From Rhizodiscina lignyota (taxonomy: Eukaryota), in NCBI GenBank assembly GCA_010015805.1, contig ML978123.1, forward strand, positions 682,001 through 746,000: a stretch of DNA of 64,000 bases, given 5' to 3'. The notes below the pieces were generated by a model that saw only the letters and a list, made by a program, of their open reading frames with translations, searched no databases and was not told the DNA's origin. Shown here one piece after another: positions 63,589-64,000 of this stretch. Position numbers and translations under genes: made by a program. Every line of letters starts with the position of its first letter. Positions within the stretch are counted from its first letter, which is position 1.

Positions 63589-64000
63589 ACGCGAAGTCCC
63601 CTCAGCAGCCACAACACTCCAAAACACGGCCAATTTCTTTACTCTTTCTTGCACCTCGCAATCAAATCTGCTGTAGACATCGCAGGTGTTTCAGTCGGGC
63701 CGACACATATCTCAGTTATATTCTTTGTCCCTTCCACACAATGCATTGTATGCGACACCGTGTTCTGGCTTCATGTGTGCAGCAACTCACTAAACTCTGA
63801 CACTGTGTGAGCAAGTATATGTTTCAATTGAAAGGACTCATACACTTGATGAAGATTCCCCCATCATTATCGGGTAGCAACCGTGTTTGCCTGCTTCTGT
63901 TGAATTTGATCCTCGAGCCCCCCAGTGTTTCCTTCATCCTGGATTTAGGCTCAGGTACACCACCGCGGATCTTCTTACACAGATATGGACGGGTTTGACT

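Noticed and set aside
1..64000. tRNA, rRNA, snRNA, TPP riboswitch, CRISPR, intact transposons, stwintrons
   Set aside because: No diagnostic motifs found by eye; covariance-model and repeat searches would be needed to exclude them fully.

Overview
Eukaryotic DNA from a filamentous ascomycete (Pezizomycotina, possibly Dothideomycetes; inferred from short GT-AG introns with CTRAC branch sites and from the gene families). About 21 protein genes can be reconstructed by hand. The left 9 kb is an accessory-type block: ALDH, a CmcJ/NvfI/AsaB-family oxygenase, a Zn2Cys6 regulator and a DHA2 efflux pump. The rest is mostly housekeeping (RPL4, Msg5/Pmp1-type MAPK phosphatase, PRP45, UPF2, ChsD-type chitin synthase, KRE6, TOK1, ETF-alpha, RSC8), plus small or lineage-specific genes (actinobacteria-like ankyrin, I9 protease inhibitor, F-box, FAD monooxygenase, divergent alpha/beta hydrolase) and several decayed gene relics. 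No tRNA, rRNA, CRISPR or intact transposon was recognised. Most notable: (i) the 3' end of the NMD factor UPF2 has two ~230-nt introns with competing acceptors and read-through frames, a candidate autoregulatory splicing switch; (ii) two diverged paralogous gene relics lie in inverted orientation on either side of the chitin synthase; (iii) the oxygenase-TF-MFS module has no backbone enzyme in view. Family assignments come from recognised motifs, not database searches. Splice sites are manual predictions.
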